IMG/VR virus record: IMGVR_UViG_3300025626_002025
From: a virus
DNA: 64,000 nt
Direction: 5' to 3' (one strand)
The translations under genes and the position numbers were made by a program. Below, piece by piece: positions 1-10,221 of the stretch. The notes under the pieces are model-generated. The model ran no database searches. It was not told the DNA's origin and saw only the letters and a list, made by a program, of their open reading frames with translations. Position 1 is the first letter of the stretch; the number at the start of each line of letters is the position of its first letter.

Positions 1-3000
1 CCATTTGTTGTTGATACAACTTCTACATTATTTGTAGTTGTTGTTCCAGTTACTACTAAATCACCAGGAATAGTTACTGTATCGGTTGAATCACCAATTG
101 ATACTGCGTTTGAACCGAAACCACCTGCTAATCTAGTTTTAAGATTTGCTATCGATACATCATCATTATCATTAGCTGTCATATCATTAACAACTAGGTT
201 AATTTTACCAGCTCCTTCAGCACCATCTACATAAGTAGCTGAAATTCTTGTTTCAGTATTACTACTAAACATTCCACCTACTATATCTTGAACTGCTTCT
301 GTTGATAGATTTGTATTAGTAGTATAAGAAGGTAATCCAAATGTACCATCATGTTTTAAGAAGTGTCCATCTGTTCCAGTTGATGGTACGAACTTTTCAT
401 TACCAGTTCCAATAGAACTTTGAATTTCTGAATCTGTTCTATTCTGTTGTGCAGATGCTTCAATTCCATCTAATTTATCAAACATCTCGTCTGACATTAT
501 TCCCCAATTATCCGTATCTGCTAATGTTAATGCTACATTATTACCATCTGATGAATTAATTGAGAATCCAGTACCACTAACTGTCTTAGATAAATTAGTT
601 GATACGTTATGGTTAATATCACTTACTTTAGCAGTATTTGCATCAATCTCATCAAATAAACTAGGAGATAATAGACCAGAAACACTTGTTGTTGCTAAAG
701 GTATAACTGCATTATTACCATCTGAAGAAACTATTGTTCTAGCCCCAGTCGTACCTGTGATACTTAAATCAGTTGATACGTTATGGTTAATATCACTTAC
801 TTTTAAAGTATTCGCTGTTATCTCATCAAATTTTCCTGCTGATAATAAACCAGCTCTAGTAGTAGATGCCGATGCTAATGTTGCGTTATTACCATCACTT
901 GAATTTACGTCAACAGTTGTTTCAGTTGAAGTTCCTTCTGATAAATCAGTTGATACGTTGTGATTGATATCACTTACTTTAGCAGTATTGGCATCAATCT
1001 CATCAAATAAACCAGGTGATAATAAACCAGATACAGATGTTGTTGCAAGTGGAATAACGGCGTTGTTACCATCTGAAGAAACTATTGTTCTAGCTCCAGT
1101 TGTACCCGTAATACTTAAATCGGTTGATACGTTGTGATTGATATCACTTACTTTTAAAGTATTTGCTACAATTTCATCAAATTTTGCTTTTGTTAATAAA
1201 CCAGCTCTTGTGGTTGAAGCAGATACTAAAGTAGCATTACTACCATCACTTGAATTTACATCAACAGTTGTTGCAGTTGAAGTTCCTTCACTAAGGTTAG
1301 TTGATACGTTGTGATTGATATCACTTACTTTAGCAGTGTTGGCAGCAACTGCGGAGTTATTACCAACTTCTGTATCGAAATCTGATATATCAGATGCCGC
1401 TAAAGAACCACTAAATACTGCATTATCATTTAAAACAGTTAGTACATCAGAATCTCCATATTGTGCAGTACCAGTAATTGTGATAACATTTCCACTTTCA
1501 GAAATTGTAATACCAGTTCCACCACTTAAAGTAACATCATCATTTGTGGAATCTGAACCAGCTAATCTGATTATAGATGTATTGGATGCACCGGCTTGTA
1601 CATTTAAATCATATGATGTATCATCTGTTGATGGTAGTGTTACAGTTTTAACATTTAACGCAGTAACGTGTCCTCTAGCCGAAGTTGTAACTGAGTCAAT
1701 TGCAGTAAATGTTCCTCCATATGAAGGTGAACTAGTTGATGTTGTATCAGTTCTTGAAATATCACTATGATTTATTGTAATAGTTTCATTTGAACTTTGA
1801 TTCGTAGTAAAATTACCACCAGTTCCTAAATCAGTACCTGCAGTAAGTGTAATTGTTGCATTACTTGCTGCTGATGGAATTGTTGGTTGATTTTGTATTG
1901 AGTTATAATTAACTTGTGATGAACCACTAATTACAGTATCTGCATCTAATTTAAGTTTTACTCTTGCATCTGTGTAAAATAAGTTTGTTGAACCTTCTGT
2001 TAGTTCATCTGTATTATCTTGTGATTGTGCTTTAGAATCTACATATGCTTTTACAGATTGTTGTGTTGGTACTTTAGTATTTGAATTAGATGAGAAATTA
2101 TCTTCATCGATAGAAACTAAATCTAATATTTGTGCTGAACCACTAATTACAGTATCTGCATCTAATTTAAGTTTTACAAGTGCATCTGTATATCCTACTT
2201 TAGCAGTATTCACATCTATCTCATCAAATAATCCTGGTGATAAAAGACCAGATACGCTTGTTGTTGCGATTGGTATAATTGCATCAGTACCATCTGAAGA
2301 AACTATTGTTCTAGCTCCACTTGTACCTGTTATAGATAAGTTAGTTGTTACGTTATGGTTAATATCACTTACTTTAGCAGTATTTGCATCAATCTCATCA
2401 AATAAGCTAGGTGATAATAAACCAGATACGCTTGTTGTAGCGATTGGAATAACAGCATTAGTACCATCTGAAGAAACTATTGTTCTAGCTGCAGTTGTAC
2501 CTGTGATACTTAAATTGGTTGATACGTTAGTTACCTTATCGTTGTTATCTGAGATATTACTAATTTCGGTAGAACTAATAGTTCTAGTATTTCCTGCAAG
2601 TGCATCTCCAGCTCCTGTTCCTACAACTACTAAAGTTGGTAAGTTTGATATATCCGAAGAATAATCCACTTGTCCTAATGTTACTGCCTGTCCACTAATT
2701 GATAAATAATCATGTGAGGTTGTTACAAGTGTTACATCTGTTGAATTATCAGTTCCAGCGGCATCTACACCTAAGTTAGTTCTAGCGGTACCAGTATTTG
2801 CTAAATCAGATAAGTTACTACCTTTTGATAATTTTGTTCCTACGGTTGTTACTAAACTTGCAAGTGAACCAGAATCTTCAGCTAATGAAGCAGATAGTTC
2901 TCCTAATGTATCTAACGTTGAACCAGCATTTCCTATTATTGTATCTACTCTATCTTGTACGAACGCAGTTGTTGCTATTTTAGTAGAATCATCTGTACCA

Positions 3001-5990
3001 CCTTGAGTTGGTGCAGTTGGGTCACTTGTTAATGCAGCTCCTGCAAACATCGTTGCTTTTGATTCGTTTGTTACGTTTCCTAAACCAACATCACCTTTAG
3101 TTGTTCCTTGTGCTCTTAAATTTGCGTAAGTTCCACTTTGTGAGAACGCTGCAACATCAGAAATATCTGATGAGGATATACCTAAGAATGATTTTATTTC
3201 TGAAGCAGAACCACTTGATACCGCATCTGCATCTAATTTTGTTTTTACTCTTGCATCTGTGTAACCAACTTTACTAGAGTTAGTTGAGATTGATGTTATT
3301 TCACCAGAAGAAATAGTTCTAGTATTTCCAGCAAGTGCAGTTTCACTACTCGTACCTAATTGTAAAGTTGTTACTGAACCACCAAGTGATACAGGTGTAC
3401 CATCTATTGAAATTGAATTTGAACCACTTAATAAAGTACTTCCATTAGTAATTTGTGATGAACCACTTATTACTGTATTATCATTTAAAACAGTTATTAC
3501 ATTAGCATCAGTATAGTGAGATAAATCTGATATTTGAGATTCAGTAATTGTTATTTGTGATGAACCACTAATTACAGTTTCTGCATTTAATTTTGTTTTT
3601 ACTTTTGCATCACTATATTGATTAATACTAGAGTAGTTTGTAGTTGAAGCAACATCTACTTGAGATGAACCACTTATTACAGTTTCTGCATTTAATTTAG
3701 TTTTTACTCTTGCATCTGTGTAATATAAGTTACTACTTCCTTCGGATACATCATCAGTATCTCCACTTAATTCACTTAATGCATCTTTAGTATCAACTTG
3801 TGCATCTACATATGCTTTAACAGATTGTTGAGATGGAAATTTAGTTGCTGAGTTAGAACTCATGTCATCTTCATCAACACCAACTAAAGTAATAATTTGT
3901 GTTGAACCACTAACAACGTTTTCAGTATTTATTTTTGCTTTTACGTTTGAATCGAAATTGATTATTGAATCTGCATTTACTTGTCCCGAACCACTAATTA
4001 CAGTTTCTGCATTTAATTTTGTTTTAACAAGTGCATCCGTATATCCAACTTTATTATTGTTAGTTGTAATGTTTCCTGCTTGAGTAGGAGTAATTGTTGT
4101 TGGAGTATTTGATATATCCGTACTATAATCTACTTGTCCTATTGATATTTCTTGTCCACTAATAGAAATGTAATCAAGAGTACTAGATAAAGTAACATCT
4201 GTTGAATTATCAGTTCCAGCGGCATCAACTCCAAGTGCGGTTCTTGCATTTTCAGCTGAAGTTGCACCTGTACCACCACTTGAGAGTGGAATTGTACCAC
4301 CAGTTATTGCTTGTCCACTTATTGTTAAGTAATTAGTATTTCCTAAAGTTACATCTGTTGAATTATCAGTTCCAGCTGCATCAACTCCGATTGTAGTTCT
4401 AACTGCTCCTGCAGATGTATCATCTAATATTGTTTGTGCAAATGTTGAAGCGATTTGGTCTGAACCAGATACTATTCCATCACCTACCTTAAATGATACG
4501 GATTCATCTGAACTTTGGTTTAGTGTTATTGTACCACCACCACTTAATCCATCACCTGCAGTAAATGTTATTGTATTATTGTTAATACCCAACTGAGCTG
4601 ATGATGAAAACGCTCCTTCTGCATTTAATTTTGTTTTTACTCTTGCATCTGTGTAATATAATTTACTTGAATGTTCCGAAACATCGGCAGTATCAAATCC
4701 TGTCTTAATAGCATCATTTAATACTACTTGAGAAGAACCACTAATTACAGTTTCTGTATTTAATTTTGTTTTTACATCAGAATCAGTATATTTGTCTAAA
4801 TCACTAATTTGTGATTCTGTTACTGTTACTTGAGATGAACCACTTATAGTTCCACTTGGTAGTTTTGATACAAGGTTTGAAGTTGTAAGAACTTCTGATT
4901 CACTTCCTAGTTTACCAGCTTTCCAATAATCTTTACCATCAGTAGCATCCCAAACAAATGAACCACTTGTTTGTGATACACCAGTTCCATCTGTTACATA
5001 GATACCACTAGTTGTTTGTGAACCACCATAATTAAGTTCTAATATATTATCACCAATATTAACTACACTTGAATCAATTGTAGTTGTATTACCTTGAACA
5101 GATAAATTACCAGTTAGTGTTAAATTTGCAAATTGAACATTATCACCAGTTTGTAATCCGGTATCAACATCAGTATTTGCTCCATTTATTGTAGCTCTAA
5201 CAGTACCTTGACTTGGTGAACTAAATGTTGAACCACTAATTACACCATCTGTATTTAATTTTGCTTTTACTCGTGTATCTGTATAGTATAAGTTACTCGA
5301 GTCTTCAGATAAATCAGAAGTATCAAATCCACTAAGTGATATTTGTGAAGAACCCGATATTACACTATCTCCCTCTGTATTTAAGTAGCGTGTATCAAAT
5401 GTAGTTGTTAATTGAGATGAACCAGATATTACTCCATCTTGGTTCATTTTTAATTTTGCTCTATCTACTGTATAATATAAATTAGAGCCTTCGGTTAGAT
5501 TGGCAGTTGTTTTAGTTGCTAATCTTGTATCGAAATCAGAATCATTATATTTGTCTAAATCACTAATTTGTGATTCTGTTATTGTTACTTGAGATGAACC
5601 ACTAATTACAGTTTCTGCATTTAACTTAGCTTTTACATTTGTATCAAAGTTTGTGATTGTATCAGCGTTTACTTGAATCGATGATGAAAATACACTATCT
5701 CCGTTAATTTCTAAGAAGGTTGTAGCTAATTGTGAAGAACCACTAATTACACCATCTGCATTTAATTTTGTTTTTACTCGTGTATCTGTATAGTATAAGT
5801 TTGAAGAACCTTCCGATAGGGTATCCGTATCAAAACCATTTAAACTTACTTGAGATGAACCCGATACCACTCCCGATGGCAATAAACTTATTATTTGTTC
5901 AGAACCAGAAACAGAACCATTATTTGCAGTAAAAGTTGCATTTGATGATAGGGTTAATGAACCTGAAACGATGGGGTTGTGTAAAATCAT
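1..5990 (-). CDS. Giant repetitive tail-fibre/virion fibre protein (>1996 aa, 3' end beyond window; absent from ORF track)
   Basis: ATG at 5990 (MILHNPIVSGSLTL...) with AAGGA upstream. The same frame reads ...GDLVVTGTTTTNNVEVVSTTN at the window edge, and the ORF track reports no stop-terminated ORF here. Built from VISGSxQ, TDxLxEGSxNLYYTDxRVKxKL and 58/59-aa repeats shared with the next two genes. Confidence 0.85.
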   Translation of the reverse strand, partial: MILHNPIVSGSLTLSSNATFTANNGSVSGSEQIISLLPSGVVSGSSQVSLNGFDTDTLSEGSSNLYYTDTRVKTKLNADGVISGSSQLATTFLEINGDSVFSSSIQVNADTITNFDTNVKAKLNAETVISGSSQVTITESQISDLDKYNDSDFDTRLATKTTANLTEGSNLYYTVDRAKLKMNQDGVISGSSQLTTTFDTRYLNTEGDSVISGSSQISLSGFDTSDLSEDSSNLYYTDTRVKAKLNTDGVISGSTFSSPSQGTVRATINGANTDVDTGLQTGDNVQFANLTLTGNLSVQGNTTTIDSSVVNIGDNILELNYGGSQTTSGIYVTDGTGVSQTSGSFVWDATDGKDYWKAGKLGSESEVLTTSNLVSKLPSGTISGSSQVTVTESQISDLDKYTDSDVKTKLNTETVISGSSQVVLNDAIKTGFDTADVSEHSSKLYYTDARVKTKLNAEGAFSSSAQLGINNNTITFTAGDGLSGGGTITLNQSSDESVSFKVGDGIVSGSDQIASTFAQTILDDTSAGAVRTTIGVDAAGTDNSTDVTLGNTNYLTISGQAITGGTIPLSSGGTGATSAENARTALGVDAAGTDNSTDVTLSSTLDYISISGQEISIGQVDYSTDISNTPTTITPTQAGNITTNNNKVGYTDALVKTKLNAETVISGSGQVNADSIINFDSNVKAKINTENVVSGSTQIITLVGVDEDDMSSNSATKFPSQQSVKAYVDAQVDTKDALSELSGDTDDVSEGSSNLYYTDARVKTKLNAETVISGSSQVDVASTTNYSSINQYSDAKVKTKLNAETVISGSSQITITESQISDLSHYTDANVITVLNDNTVISGSSQITNGSTLLSGSNSISIDGTPVSLGGSVTTLQLGTSSETALAGNTRTISSGEITSISTNSSKVGYTDARVKTKLDADAVSSGSASEIKSFLGISSSDISDVAAFSQSGTYANLRAQGTTKGDVGLGNVTNESKATMFAGAALTSDPTAPTQGGTDDSTKIATTAFVQDRVDTIIGNAGSTLDTLGELSASLAEDSGSLASLVTTVGTKLSKGSNLSDLANTGTARTNLGVDAAGTDNSTDVTLVTTSHDYLSISGQAVTLGQVDYSSDISNLPTLVVVGTGAGDALAGNTRTISSTEISNISDNNDKVTNVSTNLSITGTTAARTIVSSDGTNAVIPIATTSVSGLLSPSLFDEIDANTAKVSDINHNVTTNLSITGTSGARTIVSSDGTDAIIPIATTSVSGLLSPGLFDEIDVNTAKVGYTDALVKLKLDADTVISGSAQILDLVSIDEDNFSSNSNTKVPTQQSVKAYVDSKAQSQDNTDELTEGSTNLFYTDARVKLKLDADTVISGSSQVNYNSIQNQPTIPSAASNATITLTAGTDLGTGGNFTTNQSSNETITINHSDISRTDTTSTSSPSYGGTFTAIDSVTTSARGHVTALNVKTVTLPSTDDTSYDLNVQAGASNTSIIRLAGSDSTNDDVTLSGGTGITISESGNVITITGTAQYGDSDVLTVLNDNAVFSGSLAASDISDFDTEVGNNSAVAANTAKVSDINHNVSTNLSEGTSTATTVDVNSSDGSNATLVSASTTRAGLLTKAKFDEIVANTLKVSDINHNVSTDLSITGTTGARTIVSSDGNNAVIPLATTSVSGLLSPGLFDEIDANTAKVSDINHNVSTDLSEGTSTETTVDVNSSDGNNATLASASTTRAGLLSAGKFDEITANTLKVSDINHNVSTDLSITGTTGARTIVSSDGNNAVIPLATTSVSGLLSPSLFDEIDANTAKVSDINHNVSTNLSKTVSGTGFSINSSDGNNVALTLADTDNWGIMSDEMFDKLDGIEASAQQNRTDSEIQSSIGTGNEKFVPSTGTDGHFLKHDGTFGLPSYTTNTNLSTEAVQDIVGGMFSSNTETRISATYVDGAEGAGKINLVVNDMTANDNDDVSIANLKTRLAGGFGSNAVSIGDSTDTVTIPGDLVVTGTTTTNNVEVVSTTN
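601..1335 (-). repeat. Alternating 174/177-bp coding tandem repeat (A-B-A-B; 58/59 aa units)
   Basis: The anchor gatacgtt(a/g)tg(g/a)tt(a/g)atatcacttacttt recurs at 601, 775, 952, 1126 and 1303. Further A units lie at about 2190-2525. Confidence 0.9.
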
Positions 5991-5993
5991 ATC

Positions 5994-8900
5994 TTATTCC
6001 TTGTTAATTTGTTGTTTGAGTTGATTAACTTCACTTGATAACTCTTTAATTCCTTCTATTAGTAGAGATACTAGTTTATCATATTTAACTGCCTTATATC
6101 CATCTTCTCTCTCCACTACCAATTCAGGCAATACTGATTCGATTTCTTGAGCAATTACTCCGTAATCTTTACCTTTATAAATATCTTGCTTATTCTCGTT
6201 CCAATTAAAACTATTACCAGAAATTTGATTTATTTTTTCTATTGGGTTTTTGATTGGTGAAATATTATTTTTTAATCGTTCATCTGAAGATGCATATGCT
6301 ACAATATCACCAGTCGCACTAAGTGTACCACTAACATAGAAATCATCATTAGTTTGTAATCTACTATCACTATGATTCCAAGTTAATGTTATATTAGAAT
6401 CACTTCCTCTATCAATTTCAATACCAGCTCCGTTTGCTGCTAATGAATTTGCTGAACCACTTGCAATTGTTATTAATTTATCTTCAACTCTTAATTCTGA
6501 TACTTGTAATTCTGTTGCTGAACCTTGTACTATTAAGTTTCCGTTTATTTCAACATTACCAGTGAAATCCCCATCTGCAAATGTTACACTAGTTCCATTC
6601 ATTGCGGATGTTACACCACCAACAAAGTGAGAAGAACCCGTAGCAATAGCAACAACTGCTTCTCCACTATCGGTTGAACCACTCATACCTGCTCCCGCAG
6701 TTACTTTTGTAATATCACCCGCACCTACTGCAACTAAAGCTTCATCAATATAATCCTTTACTGCTCCTGCATTACCAAGTACAGCAGTATTACCATCCGA
6801 AATAGATGATGATACATGATAGAAAGCAGCAGTAGCTAAAGTTCTTTTTCCAACTACTCCACCAGAACCACTCATGAAAACATTATAATGAGTACTATCT
6901 AATCCGGAAACATCTTGAAGTGTTAACCCTTGGAATGTAGGTGAATCACCAGTTTGTAATCCGGTATCAACATCAGTATTTGCTCCATTTATTGTAGCTC
7001 TTACCGTACCTTGAGATGGTGATGAGAATGTTGAACCACTAATTACGGTTTCATCATTTATTACTTTCTTTATACCATCATCAAAATGAGCAGAACCAGT
7101 ATCTAATGATAAACTTCTATTTGTATCAATAGTACCACCACCACTCATACCTTTTCCACTACCAATTGTAATACTTGAGTGGTCAATATGTTCGTTTGCT
7201 ACAAAGTTTGTAGTTGCATCATGGTCAACTTGTATTGAACCACTAACTACATCATCTCCTGTTATTTCTAAGTACCTTAAATCTAAATCAGTATGTAATT
7301 GTATAGAACCACTAAATACACCATCAGAATTCATCTTAGCTTTTACATTGGTATCAAAGTTGGTTATTGTATCAGCGTTTACTTGAACAGAACCAGAAAC
7401 TACTCCATTTACAGCATTTATCTCACCAACTATTGGTAAAGAACTACTAATTTCTGTTTCAGTTATGGTTAACCTTCGTGTACTTCCAACTGAAAAGTTT
7501 AATTCATCACCACTTTCAGTTCCCGCTATATGAACTGCATCAGAAGTCCATTTTATCTTATCATTATCACCTAATTTTATACCACCATTGTGAGTTGTTT
7601 CATTAGTAAAGGTTTTTGTTCCACTAAATGTTTGTGTACCACTTAAGTGTGCAGTATTTGATGATAAATATGCATCTGCGATAGCAGTACCTTGCCATAC
7701 ACCCGTTCCAATCGTTCCGACTGTTGTTATATTTGCTTGAGTGTAGTGTTCATCTGCACTAAAGTTTGTAGTTGCATCATGGTCAACTTGTATTGAACCA
7801 CTAATTACAGTTTCGGTATTTAATTTATCCTTTACATTGGTATCAAAGTTGGTTATTGTATCTGCATTTACTTGAACAGAACCACTAAATACAGTTTCTG
7901 CATTTAATTTTGTTTTTACTCTTGCATCAGTATAATATAAATTTGTAGAACCTTCTGATAAATCATCTGTATCTAAATGATTTATATTGATTTGAGTTGA
8001 ACCACTAATTACATCTTCTGCATTTAATTTTGTTTTTACTCTTGAATCAGTATAATAAAGATTACTACCCTCAGTAACTTGGTCGGTATCAATACCTGTT
8101 AGTTCCCCACCTTCTCCTTTAAATCCTACTGATGAACTTACTTTTGCATCTAATACGAATGAAGTTGTATTATGGTCCCACTTTAATGATTTATCTGCTC
8201 CTGCTATTTCAATACCAGCACCATCAGCTGCCGCTGAATTTAATGAACCACTTGCAACGGTTATTAATTTATCTTCGATTCTTAATTCTGAAGTTTGAAT
8301 TTCAGTTGCTGAACCTAAAACTGTTAAATTACCAGTTACCTCTACATTACCTGTGAAATCTCCATTATTGAAAACAACATTATCAGTTGTTGCAATTCCT
8401 TGATTAGATGCTCCTAAATATCCCCATTGAGTTGATGATATAGTAGATGTTCCAATATTTGATAATTGAGTAGCTTCTGCACTTGTTAATGCAACACCTT
8501 GTACTTTTATAACAGTTGTATTGTTAGCATTACCACTTATATCTCCACCCATTGGTACTTGAGAAGAACCACTAACTACTGTTTCAGTATTTAATTTAGT
8601 TTTTACCCTTGTATTGGTGTAGTAAAGATTAGTTGAACCTTCTGCTAAATCATCTGTATCTAAATGGTTTAGATTAATTTGAGTTGAACCACTAACTACT
8701 GTTTCAGTATTTAATTTAGTTTTTACTCGTGTATCGGTATAATAAAGATTCGATGAACCTTCTGTTAAATCATCAGTATCAACCGATGGTAGTGAGGTAA
8801 TTTGTGCCGAACCACTAACTACATCTTCTACATTTAATTTATCTTTAACATTAGAATCGAAATTAGTTATTGTATTTGCATTTACTTGAACAGAGCCACT

Positions 8901-10055
8901 AATTACGGTTTCAGCATTTAGTTTTGTTTTTACTCTCGCATCTTTATAATATAGATTTGATGAACCTTCTTCAATATCATTTGTATCGAATCCTGTATAA
9001 TCGGCATCGTTTAATATTACTTGAGATGAACCACTAATTACGGTTTCTACATTTAATTTATCTTTAACATTGGAATCAAAGTTAGTTACATTATCTGCAT
9101 TTACTTGTATTGAACCACTAATTACGGTTTCTGTGTTTAATTTTGCTTTTACACCATCGGTGAATGTGGATGAATCATTAATTAATTCTACATTATCAGC
9201 ATTTACAACAATACCATTGTTTGCAGATTCAACATTAAATGTTCTTGTTGATGCAATTGTACCACCACCAGTTAAACCAGCTCCTGCTGTCATTGTTACT
9301 GAAGTGTGGTTTATGTGTTCATTAGAAACAAAGTTTGTAGTTGCATCATGGTCAACTTGTATTGAACCACTAACTACTGTTTCTGTATTTAGTTTTTTCT
9401 TTACTCCATCTAAGAAATGTACTGAACCGGTTGATAGGGTTATTGTTCTATTACCCGCAATGTTACCACCACCACTCATACCACTTCCAGCAAAAATACT
9501 AACTTGTGTGTGATTAATGTGTTCGTTAGAAACAAAGTTTGTAGTTGAATCGTGGTCTATTTGAATCGAACCACTAACTACATCATCTCCGTCTATTTCT
9601 AAAAATTTAGTGTAATCTGAAATTTGTTGAGATGAAGATACTATATTACTACCTGGTAATGTTACATCATCAATCGATGCAGAAACAACGAATAAATTTC
9701 TCCATTTTTTTGTACTTGAACCTAAATCATAATCATTAGATGAAGATGGTATTAATGAACCACTAAACTGTCCTTGTACTGTAATATTATCTTGTATCTC
9801 ATCACCAATAATAATATTACCACTTAAACTAACATTCCTTGCAGATAAATCTCCTGTCAATGTTATATTTGATGCGGTTATATCACCTGTTAATTCTACT
9901 GAACCCGTATTACCACCGAGATTTACTAGAGTAATTTGTTCACCATCTTCAGTACCATATCCAACCAACACCGTATTGTTAGATGTGTTAAAAAAAGGTT
10001 CTGATATCTGTGGTGAGGTGAAAGAACTACCTCTTCTTAGTTTTAATGTTGCCAT
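5994..10055 (-). CDS. Tail fibre protein with C-terminal intramolecular chaperone (peptidase S74)
   Basis: N-terminal MATLKLRRG attachment motif and a repetitive shaft. C-terminal SSDERLKNNI...GVIAQEIESVLPELV...VKYDKLVSLLIEGIKEL is the S74 signature. Confidence 0.85.
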   Translation of the reverse strand: MATLKLRRGSSFTSPQISEPFFNTSNNTVLVGYGTEDGEQITLVNLGGNTGSVELTGDITASNITLTGDLSARNVSLSGNIIIGDEIQDNITVQGQFSGSLIPSSSNDYDLGSSTKKWRNLFVVSASIDDVTLPGSNIVSSSQQISDYTKFLEIDGDDVVSGSIQIDHDSTTNFVSNEHINHTQVSIFAGSGMSGGGNIAGNRTITLSTGSVHFLDGVKKKLNTETVVSGSIQVDHDATTNFVSNEHINHTSVTMTAGAGLTGGGTIASTRTFNVESANNGIVVNADNVELINDSSTFTDGVKAKLNTETVISGSIQVNADNVTNFDSNVKDKLNVETVISGSSQVILNDADYTGFDTNDIEEGSSNLYYKDARVKTKLNAETVISGSVQVNANTITNFDSNVKDKLNVEDVVSGSAQITSLPSVDTDDLTEGSSNLYYTDTRVKTKLNTETVVSGSTQINLNHLDTDDLAEGSTNLYYTNTRVKTKLNTETVVSGSSQVPMGGDISGNANNTTVIKVQGVALTSAEATQLSNIGTSTISSTQWGYLGASNQGIATTDNVVFNNGDFTGNVEVTGNLTVLGSATEIQTSELRIEDKLITVASGSLNSAAADGAGIEIAGADKSLKWDHNTTSFVLDAKVSSSVGFKGEGGELTGIDTDQVTEGSNLYYTDSRVKTKLNAEDVISGSTQININHLDTDDLSEGSTNLYYTDARVKTKLNAETVFSGSVQVNADTITNFDTNVKDKLNTETVISGSIQVDHDATTNFSADEHYTQANITTVGTIGTGVWQGTAIADAYLSSNTAHLSGTQTFSGTKTFTNETTHNGGIKLGDNDKIKWTSDAVHIAGTESGDELNFSVGSTRRLTITETEISSSLPIVGEINAVNGVVSGSVQVNADTITNFDTNVKAKMNSDGVFSGSIQLHTDLDLRYLEITGDDVVSGSIQVDHDATTNFVANEHIDHSSITIGSGKGMSGGGTIDTNRSLSLDTGSAHFDDGIKKVINDETVISGSTFSSPSQGTVRATINGANTDVDTGLQTGDSPTFQGLTLQDVSGLDSTHYNVFMSGSGGVVGKRTLATAAFYHVSSSISDGNTAVLGNAGAVKDYIDEALVAVGAGDITKVTAGAGMSGSTDSGEAVVAIATGSSHFVGGVTSAMNGTSVTFADGDFTGNVEINGNLIVQGSATELQVSELRVEDKLITIASGSANSLAANGAGIEIDRGSDSNITLTWNHSDSRLQTNDDFYVSGTLSATGDIVAYASSDERLKNNISPIKNPIEKINQISGNSFNWNENKQDIYKGKDYGVIAQEIESVLPELVVEREDGYKAVKYDKLVSLLIEGIKELSSEVNQLKQQINKE

Positions 10056-10080
10056 TTAATGTCTTTTCCCATTTATTTTA

Positions 10081-10088
10081 TATAAATA
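10081..10088 (-). promoter_or_regulatory. Putative late promoter (TATTTATA on coding strand)
   Basis: Octamer shared by intergenic regions upstream of late genes. A TACTTATA variant lies at 10135-10142. Confidence 0.6.
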
Positions 10089-10160
10089 TACCCTATCTAT
10101 GCTTTTCTGTTTATTGATAGTATAACTTCACTTATATAAGTATAAGAAATTAAAAAGTAT

Positions 10161-10193
10161 AAAAAAATCCCACACCTTTTGAGTGTGGGATTT
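10161..10193 (-). terminator. Rho-independent terminator
   Basis: 11-bp stem aaatcccacac/gtgtgggattt followed by a T-run on the minus strand, just downstream of the 637-aa gene. Confidence 0.85.
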
Positions 10194-10221
10194 GTAATTA
10201 AATCAATATTAGTACAAATTA

